Of a DNA stretch of 64,000 bases, positions 27,701-39,545 are shown in pieces (within the stretch, counting starts at the first letter, position 1; each line of letters begins with the position of its first letter). The stretch lies in assembly GCA_904063045.1 (NCBI GenBank), contig CAJFCJ010000015.1, positions 1,123,034 through 1,187,033 on the forward strand, in the 5' to 3' direction. The position numbers and the translations under genes were made by a program. The notes beneath the pieces are model-generated. The model saw only the letters and a program-made list of their open reading frames with translations. It was not told the DNA's origin and ran no database searches. The stretch comes from Dimorphilus gyrociliatus. Taxonomy: Eukaryota; Animalia; Annelida.

Positions 27701-30700
27701 TGACTTACAACTGGTAGTATTAGGTCGCTTCCAGCCTTTATCAAAAGTACACAATCTTGTAGCCTCTGAACGAATAAAAAGATATTAACCTTACAGTTAA
27801 ATTTAAATTAATTACTACTTTCGTTATCTGGACATTGTATTGTTACTTCTTTTTGTGTCTCTTTAGGTGATACATAGACAGTTTTCCAAACCAGACCATC
27901 TATAACTTCCCTTGGACATTTTGTTATTGATATTTTAGTAGTCGATACAATAGTTGACTCCTCAAGTATAAAAGTTTTATCCATTCGTTGATTTATTCCA
28001 TTCGTTGATGTAGGGAATATCTGTGTAAATGATTTCGATTGTTCTAATTGTATCTTTTTAGAGGACTCCTCTTTTATATTCTCCTTTGCTGTTGGCCAAT
28101 TTGTTTCAGCTGACCTTGTCGAGGGTTTATCTGTTATGAAATTTAAGGAGTGATCTTGATTTTTCTCCATTGTCGATAAAACTATTGGCGAAATTAAGTT
28201 ATTGCTAGTTAATTTCGGCAAAGGAGTTGATCCAGCTGAAGAATAGTCATCAGGCAACTTCGTTGAAATAACTTCCCTTCCTATTCTAGAAACTGGTTGT
28301 GATATTTTTTCGACACTATACGCTGTCGTTGTAGTAACCTTTATATTTTTTGTTGCTTTCTTAACTTGCGTAGCTAGAGATTCAAATGAATTATTCTGAT
28401 CTTCATAAGTAGCTTTCGAGATGCCAGCTTGAGTAAAATCTCTTAATTTGGGCTTAATATTAGTCCTATCACGCCAAGCTACATCTGTTACTGCTATCTT
28501 AGCTTTATCACTGGTTGTTGAAACGATATTTATTTTAGGATAGCTTGTCTGTACGGATCTGGGGATAGATACTTTTCCAACAACATCTTTTAATATCGTC
28601 ATCAGTCTTCTTTCAGTTGTTGAAATGCTAATCATTTGAGAGTGGTTACTCTCCTGAGAACGAGGTGTAGCTTTCTTTACAGTTTTATCTATTACCAGAG
28701 TTTTGGATTTAATTCCATTCGTTGTAAATATCTCTGCGTAGTTAGGTGTAGATATTTTCCTAACAACATCAGCTGACAAAGTGTGTGGTATCCTTTGCGT
28801 TAATGAAAAAGCACTTGTTCTAGGAATGCTATTTTCAACAGAGGAAGGATTGATAAACTTTCCACTGTCTTCAACTGAAGCACTCGTTGGTCTTTCCTCA
28901 ACTGATGTAAAGACATTGGTTACTGGATTGTTGGCTCTGACAGAAGAAGGTTCATATAACCTTCCATTGTCTTCCACTGAAGCACTCGTTGGTCTTTCCT
29001 CAACTGATGTAAAGACGTTGGTTACTGGATTGTTGGCTCCGACAGAAGAAGGTTCATATAACCTTCCATTGTCTTCCACTGAAGCACTCGTTGGTCTTTC
29101 CTCAACTGATGTAAAGACGTTGGTTACTGGATTGTTGGCTCCGACAGAAGAAGGTTCATATAACCTTCCATTGTCTTCCACTGAAGCACTAGTTGGTCTT
29201 TCCTCAACTGATGTAAAGACGTTGGTTACTGGATTGTTGGCTCCGACAGAAGAAGGTTCATATAACCTTCCATTGTCTTCCACTGAAGCACTAGTTGGTC
29301 TTTCCTCAACTGATGTAAAGACGTTGGTTACTGGATTGTTGGCTCCGACAGAAGAAGGTTCATATAACCTTCCATTGTCTTCCACTGAAGCACTAGTTGG
29401 TCTTTCCTCAACTGATGTAAAGACATTGGTTACTGGATTGTTGGCTCCGACAGAAGAAGGTTCATATAACCTTCCATTGTCTTCCACTGAAGCACTCGTT
29501 GGTCTTTCCCCTACTGATGTAAAGACATTGGTTACTGGATTGTTGGCTCCGACAGAAGAAGGTTCATATAACCTTCCACTGTCTTCCACTGAAGCACTCG
29601 TTGGTCTTTCCTCAACTGATGTAAAGACGTTGGTTACTGGATTGTTGGCTCCGACAGAAGAAGGTTCATATAACCTTCCATTGTCTTCCACTGAAGCACT
29701 AGTTGGTCTTTCCTCAACTGATGTAAAGACGTTGGTTACTGGATTGTTGGCTCCGACAGAAGAAGGTTCATGTAACTTTCCACTATCTTCAATTGAGGCA
29801 GTCGTTGGTCTTTCCTCAACTGATGTAAAGATGTTAGTTACTGGATTGTTGGCTCCGACAGAAGAAGGTTCATATAACCTTCCATTGTCTTCCACTGAAG
29901 CACTCGTTGGTCTTTCCTCAACTGATGTAAAGACGTTGGTTACTGGATTGTTGGCTCCGACAGAAGAAGGTTCATATAACCTTCCATTGTCTTCCACTGA
30001 AGCACTCGTTGGTCTTTCCTCAACTGATGTAAAGACGTTGGTTACTGGATTGTTGGCTCCGACAGAAGAAGGTTCATATAACCTTCCATTGTCTTCCACT
30101 GAAGCACTCGTTGGTCTTTCCTCAACTGATGTAAAGACGTTGGTTACTGGATTGTTGGCTCCGACAGAAGAAGGTTCATATAACCTTCCATTGTCTTCCA
30201 CTGAAGCACTAGTTGGTCTTTCCTCAACTGATGTAAAGACATTGGTTACTGGATTGTTGGCTCCGACAGAAGAAGGTTCATATAACCTTCCATTGTCTTC
30301 CACTGAAGCACTCGTTGGTCTTTCCCCTACTGATGTAAAGACATTGGTTACTGGATTGTTGGCTCCGACAGAAGAAGGTTCATATAACCTTCCACTGTCT
30401 TCCACTGAAGCACTCGTTGGTCTTTCCCCTACTGGTGTAAAGACGTTGGTTACATGATTGTTGGCTCTGACAGAAGAAGGTTTGATTAACCTTCCACTAT
30501 CTTCAACTGAGGTAGTCGATCTTTCTTGAACTAATGTAAAAGCTTTTATTATTACATTATTGATTTTAACAGAAGAGAGACATTTAGATTACTTACCTCT
30601 GTCTTTATCTAATATAACTTTTGGCCTTTTTCGCACAGAAGAATACGTGTCTGTTGCAGGGTCTTTTCTTTCTGCAGAATTTGGTGTTTGCAGTTTTTCT

Positions 30701-32576
30701 TCTTCTATTATGACAACTTTTGATCTAGAATCAGTTGTTGAAAAGGCACTTGTTGTTGAACTGTGTTCACTTGTAGATACAGCTGTATCTTTTTTTCTAG
30801 TTTTATGTACGTCAATAGGTTTGGCCGTAGTCTCAGTTGTTGTAATAATGTTGTTTGCTAATGTGTTTTGTTGAGATACATCTGTAATTGATGAAGGTTC
30901 GGTTGAAAATCCTGCTTTTATATGTGTTTTTCCTGCTTTTGACAAATATACTTCCATTTCTGGAGGAGTGAGGATAGTCAACGCATTAGCAACTTCATTT
31001 GGTATAAAAGAACTCCTACTTGATTCAGAGTTGTGAATAGGCTGAGTTCTCCTATTGAGATGATCAGTTTCCTTTTTCTTGTATATAGTGTTAGTGTTCA
31101 GAGATAATATTTTATCAAGGGTTGGTTGGATAGTTGCAATATTCTCTTCGCTTATCGCTTGTATCGAACTCAGCTTCTCTTTTGTCGATCCCCGAACATT
31201 GTTTAAAATTTCCGTTATGATATTTTTAGAAGACACTTCGGTATTTAATTCATTCTTATATGTTGTAAATTTTGGACTGTGGAATTTTGTCTGCAAAGAA
31301 TTAGTCGTAATTGTAACCGGTTGTATACTAGTTTTTTTTAATTCCTGTCTTATTGATGATTGTCGTACATTATCGGTACTAGTTGTTTTAATAACATGTT
31401 TAGTAGATAATTTAATTAAACTTTGAGACTTTGAACTGGTCTGCTTAAGTGCATTTTTAGGTGTGATAAACGAAGTTTTCATCTCTCCATCATTTTTATT
31501 CAAATCTTGTGTTATTTCTTTAGAAGGCTTAGTTGATAAGTCTGGTTTATCTGTCAAAAGTGAATTTGATTGCATACTCTCATTATTTTCGTCAATTGCC
31601 TTCAATTGAGGGTTTGTCGTAGTAAATTTAATAAAATTTTGTGCTGTAGTGGTTTTAAGAGTAGTAGTACCCGATAATTTAGCAGTCGTTTCTGTAGTAT
31701 AAGCAATGATATTATAGGATAATTAATAAAGGAGAATAGAGAACCATTCGATATACATTCATGGGAGACCTTTGATATATAACAACCGCTCATATAAACT
31801 GGATATCTATTCGTAAAAAGTATTCGTAGATCAACAGTACATTTCGTCTTCTTGTCACACCTATAATAAACTGTTCTGTAGACATTTTAATAAACAAACT
31901 GTTAAAGTAAACATACTCTTTAAGTACTTTAATTTTAATAAAAAATCTGCAATCAATATCGCATCTCTCTATATGTCCAACCCTAGATTCGTCCCAAACG
32001 TACTCATCGGAACATATTTGAAAGTCAGTCCAAACGTCATTAATTCGTATCAATTTATTATTTTCACAGTTCAAGTTAAAAGAATAATCAGTAGGGAGAA
32101 TTAAACTTTTTGAAGGGTGTTTTGTTGAGCATTCAAAATCAACTTCAAACGAATGAAGGCTATAAAGAAAGCAAGGATATTTTCGATAAAAGGTATCGCT
32201 TGTATCACATTCTCTTTCAAAGTTACATCTATATATAAATGAATTAAATAATTAATATATAACTTTTACACGTTCATTTTAAATCGATAAACCTGAATAA
32301 AATACTTTGAAATGTTACATTATCAGCTAATAGCATTTCATGATAACAGTCACTCCTCCTTGGTTCTTCCGTAAAAGGCGTACTTACAATATTAATAACG
32401 GAACCCTTAGGGCATTCTAATATAGGATCATCGATTGATAGCGTTTTAGTTATTATTTTCCCATAAGATCTATAAAAAAAAAGTTAAATAATAATTAAAC
32501 ATCAATTAAAAAATTGTAATAATTACTCAACAAATTCTGTATTATAAAATAAAAAGAGAAGACAAACTATCCTCAT
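24777..32576 (-). CDS. Adhesion GPCR C, roughly 2,200 aa: signal peptide, 2 degenerate SUEL-like domains, very long mucin-like stalk with 34-aa repeats, HRM, GAIN/GPS, 7TM
   Basis: Starts [12 protein letters not shown]. Lectin-like [78 protein letters not shown]. The exons splice in frame to TGA at 24777. Confidence 0.88.
28876..30507 (-). repeat. Coding tandem repeat, 16 full units of 102 bp (34 aa: [34 protein letters not shown]), plus degenerate flanks
   Basis: The 102-bp period was read directly (e.g. TACTGGAT at 28921 and 29023). Units were counted in ORF 27808-30405 plus one upstream unit. Confidence 0.97.
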
Positions 32577-32979
32577 AACGGTGTGAAAATCTATTTCTTC
32601 TTCCTTTTTATTAAAGAAAATGTAGGGATTTATTAAAATTTTAATGGTTGAGTCATCAATATGAAAACTTTAAAAAGTAATTGAATAATAAGGACTCAAT
32701 ACGTTTTGTTTTGTAGAGTATAAGAGCTATTGCATTATTTTTTATACTTCTCTATAAGTACATAAGTTACTTACCCTAGTCATATTTTATTGTAGTGTAT
32801 TAATAGATCATTTAAAGAGAAATAAATGAAAAATATATCCTTTTCAAAGTTCTTTTGGAAAATATAGATTGAAACTTAATAAAGATCTTTAAAAATGTTC
32901 GTTATTTAAGAACTTCCTCTTGTCTGGCTATCTCTGAAATATAGGAAACTAATTAAAAAAAAAGTAAGAATTGTAGTTT

Positions 32980-33004
32980 AGAGAGAGAGAGAGAGAGAGA
33001 GAGA
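32980..33004. repeat. (GA)12 microsatellite
   Basis: Read directly from the sequence. Confidence 0.95.
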
Positions 33005-33699
33005 CAATTATCATAGCAGTATACTTGAATTTTCTTTCCTTGCCAACAATACATCAATAGTAATTCTAATAAAATAAGATTGTAAAGAACAAAGAGAAAA
33101 AAAACCTACCATTTACAGTATGAGACAGCATTATAGGATAGACCAGCTAACGTAGAATTATAAATAAACTTTTGAAGCCAGAAAGCATATATATATATAC
33201 TGTATATATAGTTTTATCAACATTATAAAAAGGATATATTTATATATTGGTGATAATATATTCCTTTCTATATAGTTTTATCCCAAATTCTTGTTAAAGA
33301 AAGAAAAGAGCTTACAAAGCCATGATTCATTGGACTAAAAGTACTGGATCCTAAATATCGAAAGTTAGTTTATATTTGTTATGAGGACACTATAAGTTTC
33401 TAAACATGTGCACCTAACAATCAACTATCATCTTACGTTTAAGCTACTATTGATGTATTGTAATACTGTGTATGGCACATCTTCTTGGCAAGGAAAAAAA
33501 TTCAAGTTAACATCGACCGGTTGGGGGCAGCACTTGTAATGTTAGTATGCTTACTGATTGGGAGAGTGGAGAATAGTTTAGAATAATTTCTGACCACGTG
33601 TTGTGAAATTTGTGTTTGAGATTGAATCCGGTAAAATAGAATACATAGTTCTAACTGCTCGATTAACCTCTGTATTCTTAACCGTGGCACGTCTCAAAA

Positions 33700-34333
33700 A
33701 TGAGGTTGGAGAAGTGCTACTTTTGTTCGTCTACGATCTATCCTGGACATGGGGTACAGTTCGTCAGAAATGACTGCAAGGTAAAGAGACTAAGAACATA
33801 ATTTTCATTCCATTGATAAGTATGTAATGGTTCTTTTTGCTTTAATCGCAGATTTTCAGATTTTGTCGATCAAAATGCCATAAAGCTTTTAAAAAGAAGA
33901 GAAATCCCCGTAAGGTTCGTTGGACTAAAGCTTTCAGAAAGTCGTCTGGTAAAGAATTGGCTGTCGATCCAACATTTGAGTTTGAAAAGAGAAGAAATGC
34001 TCCAGTTAAATACGACAGACAATTATGGAAAAACAGTATAAAAGCTATGAAGCGCATTGAAGAGATTCGAGTCAAGAGACAGAATCAACATATTATTAAT
34101 AGGTAATTTACTAATTACTAAAAGATACATAAACAACTGAGAGTGTCTAACAATTGTTTTTATTTCATTACAGATTGAAAAAAGGCAAAGAATTAAGAAA
34201 AGCAGATGATATAAAGGAGGTAGAAAAGAACATGCATTTGATTCGAGCTCCGGGTGCCAAAAAGAAGAAGAAATTGGAAGCAAAGGTTGTTCAAGTTGTT
34301 GAAGAATCGGATGAGGAAATGGAAGAAATCTAA
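33700..34333 (+). CDS. RSL24D1: Ribosome biogenesis protein RLP24; 3 exons
   Basis: [27 protein letters not shown]|[30 protein letters not shown]. Confidence 0.96.
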
Positions 34334-34536
34334 TTTAACAAACTTGTTATATTTTTTGTATTATAATTATGTTTTACTTTTCTGCAATAAATATATTGTA
34401 TTGTTAAATATACAAGAATTACAAAAGATGTCACTACATGTCTTGCCTATAAAAACTGGTGATCGCTCTATGAAATAGTCCAGTTAGAAAGAATCATTCG
34501 AACAGTTACATTCGTTGCAGACAGTTTTATGAGACT

Positions 34537-35499
34537 ATGGATAATGGCATAACTTTGCCTGCTGACGTTCAAATCCTAAGTCATCAAATAGCCGGTCACC
34601 GTTTTCAGAAAGATGAAAATGGGGGCATAAAAAGCGGTATACTTTATTATAATAACAGTTACGTACTTTTAACTAACTATTTATCTCTTATCTAGGTTTA
34701 CTACAAAAAGACAAATATGTATTAAAACCTTTGCAAAGTCCACCAAGAGGCGAAGTGGAAGTGAAATTTTACAGAACAATATTTGATCTCTCTATAATTA
34801 ATCCAGTACATGAAGAGCTTCGAAATTTGGTTCCCCCTTTTTATGGTACTGAGGAATACATTATCAATGGAACTAATATTACATACCTAAAATTGCTAGA
34901 CATAGCAAAACCTTTTAGAAAGCCATGTATAATGGATATTAAAATAGGAAAAAAGACTTATGATCCAAAAGCAACAGAGAAAAAAATTAATTCTGAGACT
35001 CAGAAATATCCGCGAATGGGGGAAATTGGTTTCCGAATCTTAGGCATGCAGGTAGAAAGCTCAACTTTGATTAATTCTGATTTTATATTATACATTTGTA
35101 ATTACAAATTACTTTTGATGTCAGATTTACAAGCCAGAGGAAAATAGTTTCCAGTTTAAGGATAGGTTCTTTGGATTATCTTTGGAGCCTGAGGATGTAA
35201 CTGAAAATGGCTTAAAGCTGTTTTTTACTCAAAAATCCAGCTTACGAAGAGATGTTTTACAGCTAGTTTTATCCAAATTAGGGCGTATCAATGAGTTTTT
35301 CCATATTCAAAGGGAATTTGCATTCTATTCCAGTAGTTTGCTTATTATATACGAAGGTGACGAAAGCCAATCACCTGTTGAATCTCTAGCTGATGTACGA
35401 ATGATTGATTTTACTCATGTTTTCGAAACCAACGAGGCTGATGATAACTACATTTATGGTATAGGAATGCTTATAAAATCGTTGTCTTCCTTACTATAG
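34537..35499 (+). CDS. IPMK: Inositol polyphosphate multikinase (IPK family); 3 exons
   Basis: Motifs HQIAGH, LKPLQSPPRGEVEVKFY, PCIMDIKIG (PxxxDxKxG), SSSLLIIYEG and VRMIDFTH. Confidence 0.88.
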
Positions 35500-36065
35500 A
35501 CAATTAATTTTTTTAATTCTTCGAAAACCTTTTCTTCTTCTTCCCTGCTGTTGTTCTTCGTCTATTGATAACTGATAAAAAATGATTAAATATTGACATA
35601 ACATCTTCAATAAAAAGAAAAAAAAAGTCTTTGTTGTTCCTCTTCCAAATAGGATAAAAAAAACTAACAAAAAGTGTTCCCACATCCAAAATATAGCACT
35701 ATACAAATAATGTTTCAGCAAATCAATAGCAATTGTTTGTTTAATTATCACAGTTGTAAATAATTCAGTATTTATCACTATTTCACTATTTCTAAATTTA
35801 GATAAAAGACTTATTTTTATTTTCCTTTTTGTGTCCTTTTTAAGAGGTAACTAGTTTAAAAGTTAAAAAAGCAATAAGATATCTATATATATATAATGTG
35901 TATACTATCTGAAAGGAGATAACAGGTCTCTGAGCTGCAAAATCTGGAGTAAATATTTTAAAAAAGACAATATGATTAATATTCCAGTTTCTTATATAAA
36001 AGGACGTAAGTGATTGAAATATATACAAAGTGTTTGTAAAAACACAAAAAAAGATACCAAATCGT

Positions 36066-37793
36066 CTACGCGCAAGGAGGCTCTTCTTTAAAATTCATCA
36101 TTATTTGTTCCATTTCCTGAGTTTGATTCCATATTTCTAATTCATCTTTTTTAATTAGAGAAAGAGAAATGTTTAATTAAAATCGAAAATCTTTAGAAAT
36201 AAAGAGAAAAAGAAATATCATACCAAAATCATCTTCATTAATTATTTCATCAGAGGGGCTATTATCTGATTTTATCTTATTAGACATTCCTTCCGTTATT
36301 TTCCCATTAGCATCTATGCATATTTACATAAATATATAATATATTGTGAATAAAAGGATAATAGACCTAGTAATTATAATTTTAAATATGTAGCATTACA
36401 TTCGAATAAATGAATGTTTATTAATAATTCGTTGGCAATGAAAATGGAAACAATCGCTAGATAATATACATATAATATAATTATTTATAGGCAGAAATTG
36501 ATTTATCTATAGTAGAGATATTAAAAATTTAGACTAATATTAACTTACTTTGATTATTTAATGGTACTTGATTATTCTTCTTACATACAACAGGCGTTAC
36601 ATCGGAAATCGAGCGTTTCTGGGGTTTTCTATTTTGTTTTACAAGAAGTATGTTAATAGTATATATAAAGTATATTATACAATATAACAAACTGAATTGG
36701 TTGCTTCTGAGTGCTAGTTAATTTAGGGTTACTCTTCGATAGATCAGTTCTATCGTGGGCAATCGACGTGCAGCTCATGGCGTAATTAGTTGAATTACCT
36801 CCAACGGTTCCACTTATTGTATAGTTTTGTTCTACATTCTGTAACCTTTTCAATCTTGCCTGAGTAACACCGGCGTCTCCTTCCCGTCGAAGAAAACTAT
36901 TTGTATCGGTCTTCTCTGTCATTTTCTATTTAACAATCCCAGTTTTAAATATCTAATTGAAAATTAATTAATCTAATAATAAAATAAACATACAGCAGGC
37001 GTTCTTTGAACAATTTTTAAGTAGTTTTTATCACCTAGGCAATTACCTAAACTATTACCAAAACATCTGAAAATATACTGATACATCTTTTATATGAAAA
37101 TTATAATGATTTAATTAATATACTTTAAAGCTCTCTTTAAACCGTCAGTTACGGCTTCTTTTCTGGCTTTTTCCAATGCAAGTCCCTTTGAACTCAAGCC
37201 ACTACTAATACCATAGCCGATATCTTCGTGAAAAGATCCATTCTGTTATTAAAAGTTTTTGAAAACTTCTTGATGCTTTAATTTAATGATTTAAAAGTAG
37301 AAACTATTGAACAAACTCTCAGCGTTACTTTGATGAAGGCACTCACTCCTGCATGGTATTTTCCGTCTATATGATCAATATAATCTAAAGATATATTATT
37401 TATGATTTAGATGATAAACTTTTAAACTCAAAATTTCTCTGCTTTACCAACTGATTGATGAGTGATAGAGTGTGACCATCCGCTAAAACCAAACGTCTCA
37501 TTCGCCAAGTTAATAAGTTTCCATCCTTCAATATATGCCAACTAAAATAATAAAAATATGTTTATAATAATTCGTAATATAATTTAATTGATATATAAAT
37601 ACTTTTTGCCCACTAGGTCCAGGTCTTTGACTAATAAATTCTGGCCCCAGTTTCAATCTTAATAGATTTTGAATGGAACCGTGTTCTTCGCAAGTATATT
37701 CCGTCTAAAATGAAATTATAAATAAATTACTGATAAAATTATAATTCAGCGGTCTTATACATTGCCAAATAACGATGTATTTGCATCACTCAT
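36066..37793 (-). CDS. RAD52: DNA repair protein RAD52; multi-exon
   Basis: Motifs [39 protein letters not shown] and [25 protein letters not shown]. Confidence 0.93.
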
Positions 37794-38012
37794 TTCGGTG
37801 AAATTTCAAGTTTCGCTGCAAAATAATTCATGGAGTAACATAAGCGACTAGGATATTATGAAGATAATCAAAATGGCGTCAAAACTTTAACTATTTACGA
37901 AAACGGCCATCTTACATTTCAATATTATATTGTGCTCATGTGCTGATTTTATTTACTACATCCGGTTTTTATCATGTGACGACTGATATTTGTTTTTTGT
38001 CATGTGATAACA

Positions 38013-39119
38013 ATGAAGTTGATACTTGCCGTTTCCATTTCTATTTTACTTTTCTTAGTCTTGTTTATAATTTATGTAACAAATGTTAACTTGGCAAGCC
38101 ATGAGAGAAAATTTAATGCATTTATTCTAAAATATAAAAAGGATTATCTATACAATTCTCCAGAATACAACAAAAGACTTTCAATCTTTAAGGTTTTATT
38201 TAACTATAAAGTTTTTCATTCAATAAATGCAATAAAATTGTGATTTTCGCAAAGTTAATTGGCTTTAAAAGAGACTTTTATAATAAATTATTTTTTTGTT
38301 TACTTCTATCAGAATAACTTAAAAGAACAAGAGAGACTAAATAGTGAGAACGGTGAAGATGTGTATGGTATCACTAAATTTTCCGATCTAACTCAAGATG
38401 AATTTGTAAAAAAGTTATTAACTAAAATGAGTTATTTCAAAATGGACAATACAGTAACTTCGGTTCCAAGTAATGTAAAATTGTTGAAAAAAGTTGATTG
38501 GAGAAAGTACGTTGGCCGACCAAGAGATCAAAAAGCATGTGGAGGGTGTTGGGCATTTGCTACAATTAAAGGAGTTGAAGCTATAAATTCTAAGAAAGTT
38601 GGCAAATTTACTCAACTTTCCATTCAAGAGGTTATAGATTGTTCTCGAGGCTTTAAAGAAAGTTTATGGGGATGCGAAGGAGGCAATATATGCTCAGCAA
38701 TGGATTGGCTACAAAACAAACATATCAGTATAACAACCGAGAGTAGCTATCCGTTAAAGGATGCGGATGAGGAATGCAAGCGAACTTCCTCAACGTCAGG
38801 TATAAAGTTAACTAAGTATATTTGCGGTGCTGGAGAGGATTTTTTGAAAACTAGTCTTCAAAAGGGCCCGGTTGCAGTTGCTGTGGATGCAGCTTCATGG
38901 ATACATTATGCTAACGGCATAATCAAATTTCATTGTGATAAGCAACTAAATCATGCTGTATTAGTTGTTGGATATGATATGGAAGGGGAAGTTCCGCACT
39001 ATTTAGTGCAAAATTCATGGGGAAATGATTGGGGGGAGGATGGTTACTTAAAAATTCGAATGGATAAAGGTCTCTGTGGCATAGATCAGCAAATAGGTCT
39101 AGTTGAAGATGTTAAATGA
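38013..39119 (+). CDS. CTSO: Papain-family (C1A) cysteine protease, cathepsin O-like, with I29 prodomain; 2 exons
   Basis: N-terminal hydrophobic segment, YGITKFSDL, catalytic QKACGGCWAF, NHAVLVVGY and QNSWG. Confidence 0.85.
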
Positions 39120-39545
39120 AAAATATAGTCAGAGTTATTGCTAGTTGTCTTATACGGTTTAGAGACGGATAAAACGTTCACTCTAGCTCAAAAATTGTTT
39201 TTTTTTTCTTGAAGAAAACTCTTAGCACTGTTTTTACAATAGATTCCAATATAGTGGAAATCTTCAAAGGTTTTATAGTGCATATTTTCAAACGTTTGCA
39301 AAAAATATTGAATAAATCAATTGAATATTTTTCAATTTAATTGTTTTTATGAAGTTCTTAATGATGAAGGCATTCCTATATATGTTTTAAATTTTAAAGT
39401 AAATATACGATTTTCCTATGAATTATTGAACAATTATTTGTCTTTATTCCTTTTTTAAAAAAACAGATTTACAAAAAAAAAGGATCGAATATGTATAATT
39501 AAAAAAAAAATAAGTAAAGGAATAAATAATATCAATTATTATATG

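Noticed and set aside
27661-27710. Apparent broken junction in GPCR C at a GTAAGT (27708)
   Set aside because: Reading through to the next donor (GAT|GTAAGG) gives [13 protein letters not shown], which aligns with gene B and keeps the frame. The gene is intact.
28781-30457. 558-aa plus-strand ORF
   Set aside because: Shadow frame of the 102-bp coding repeat; a stop-free unit stays open on repetition. The minus strand splices into GPCR C.
28876-30507. Repeat array as CRISPR-like, or as alternating 43-nt exons and 59-nt GT..AG introns (AG|GTTATA..CAG in each unit)
   Set aside because: There are no unique spacers and the context is a eukaryotic coding exon. Removing the 59-nt piece shifts the frame to an immediate TGA.
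30560-31426. Plus-strand ORFs 30560-30874 and 31079-31426
   Set aside because: Antisense to the S/T-rich stalk exon of GPCR C, with no independent features.
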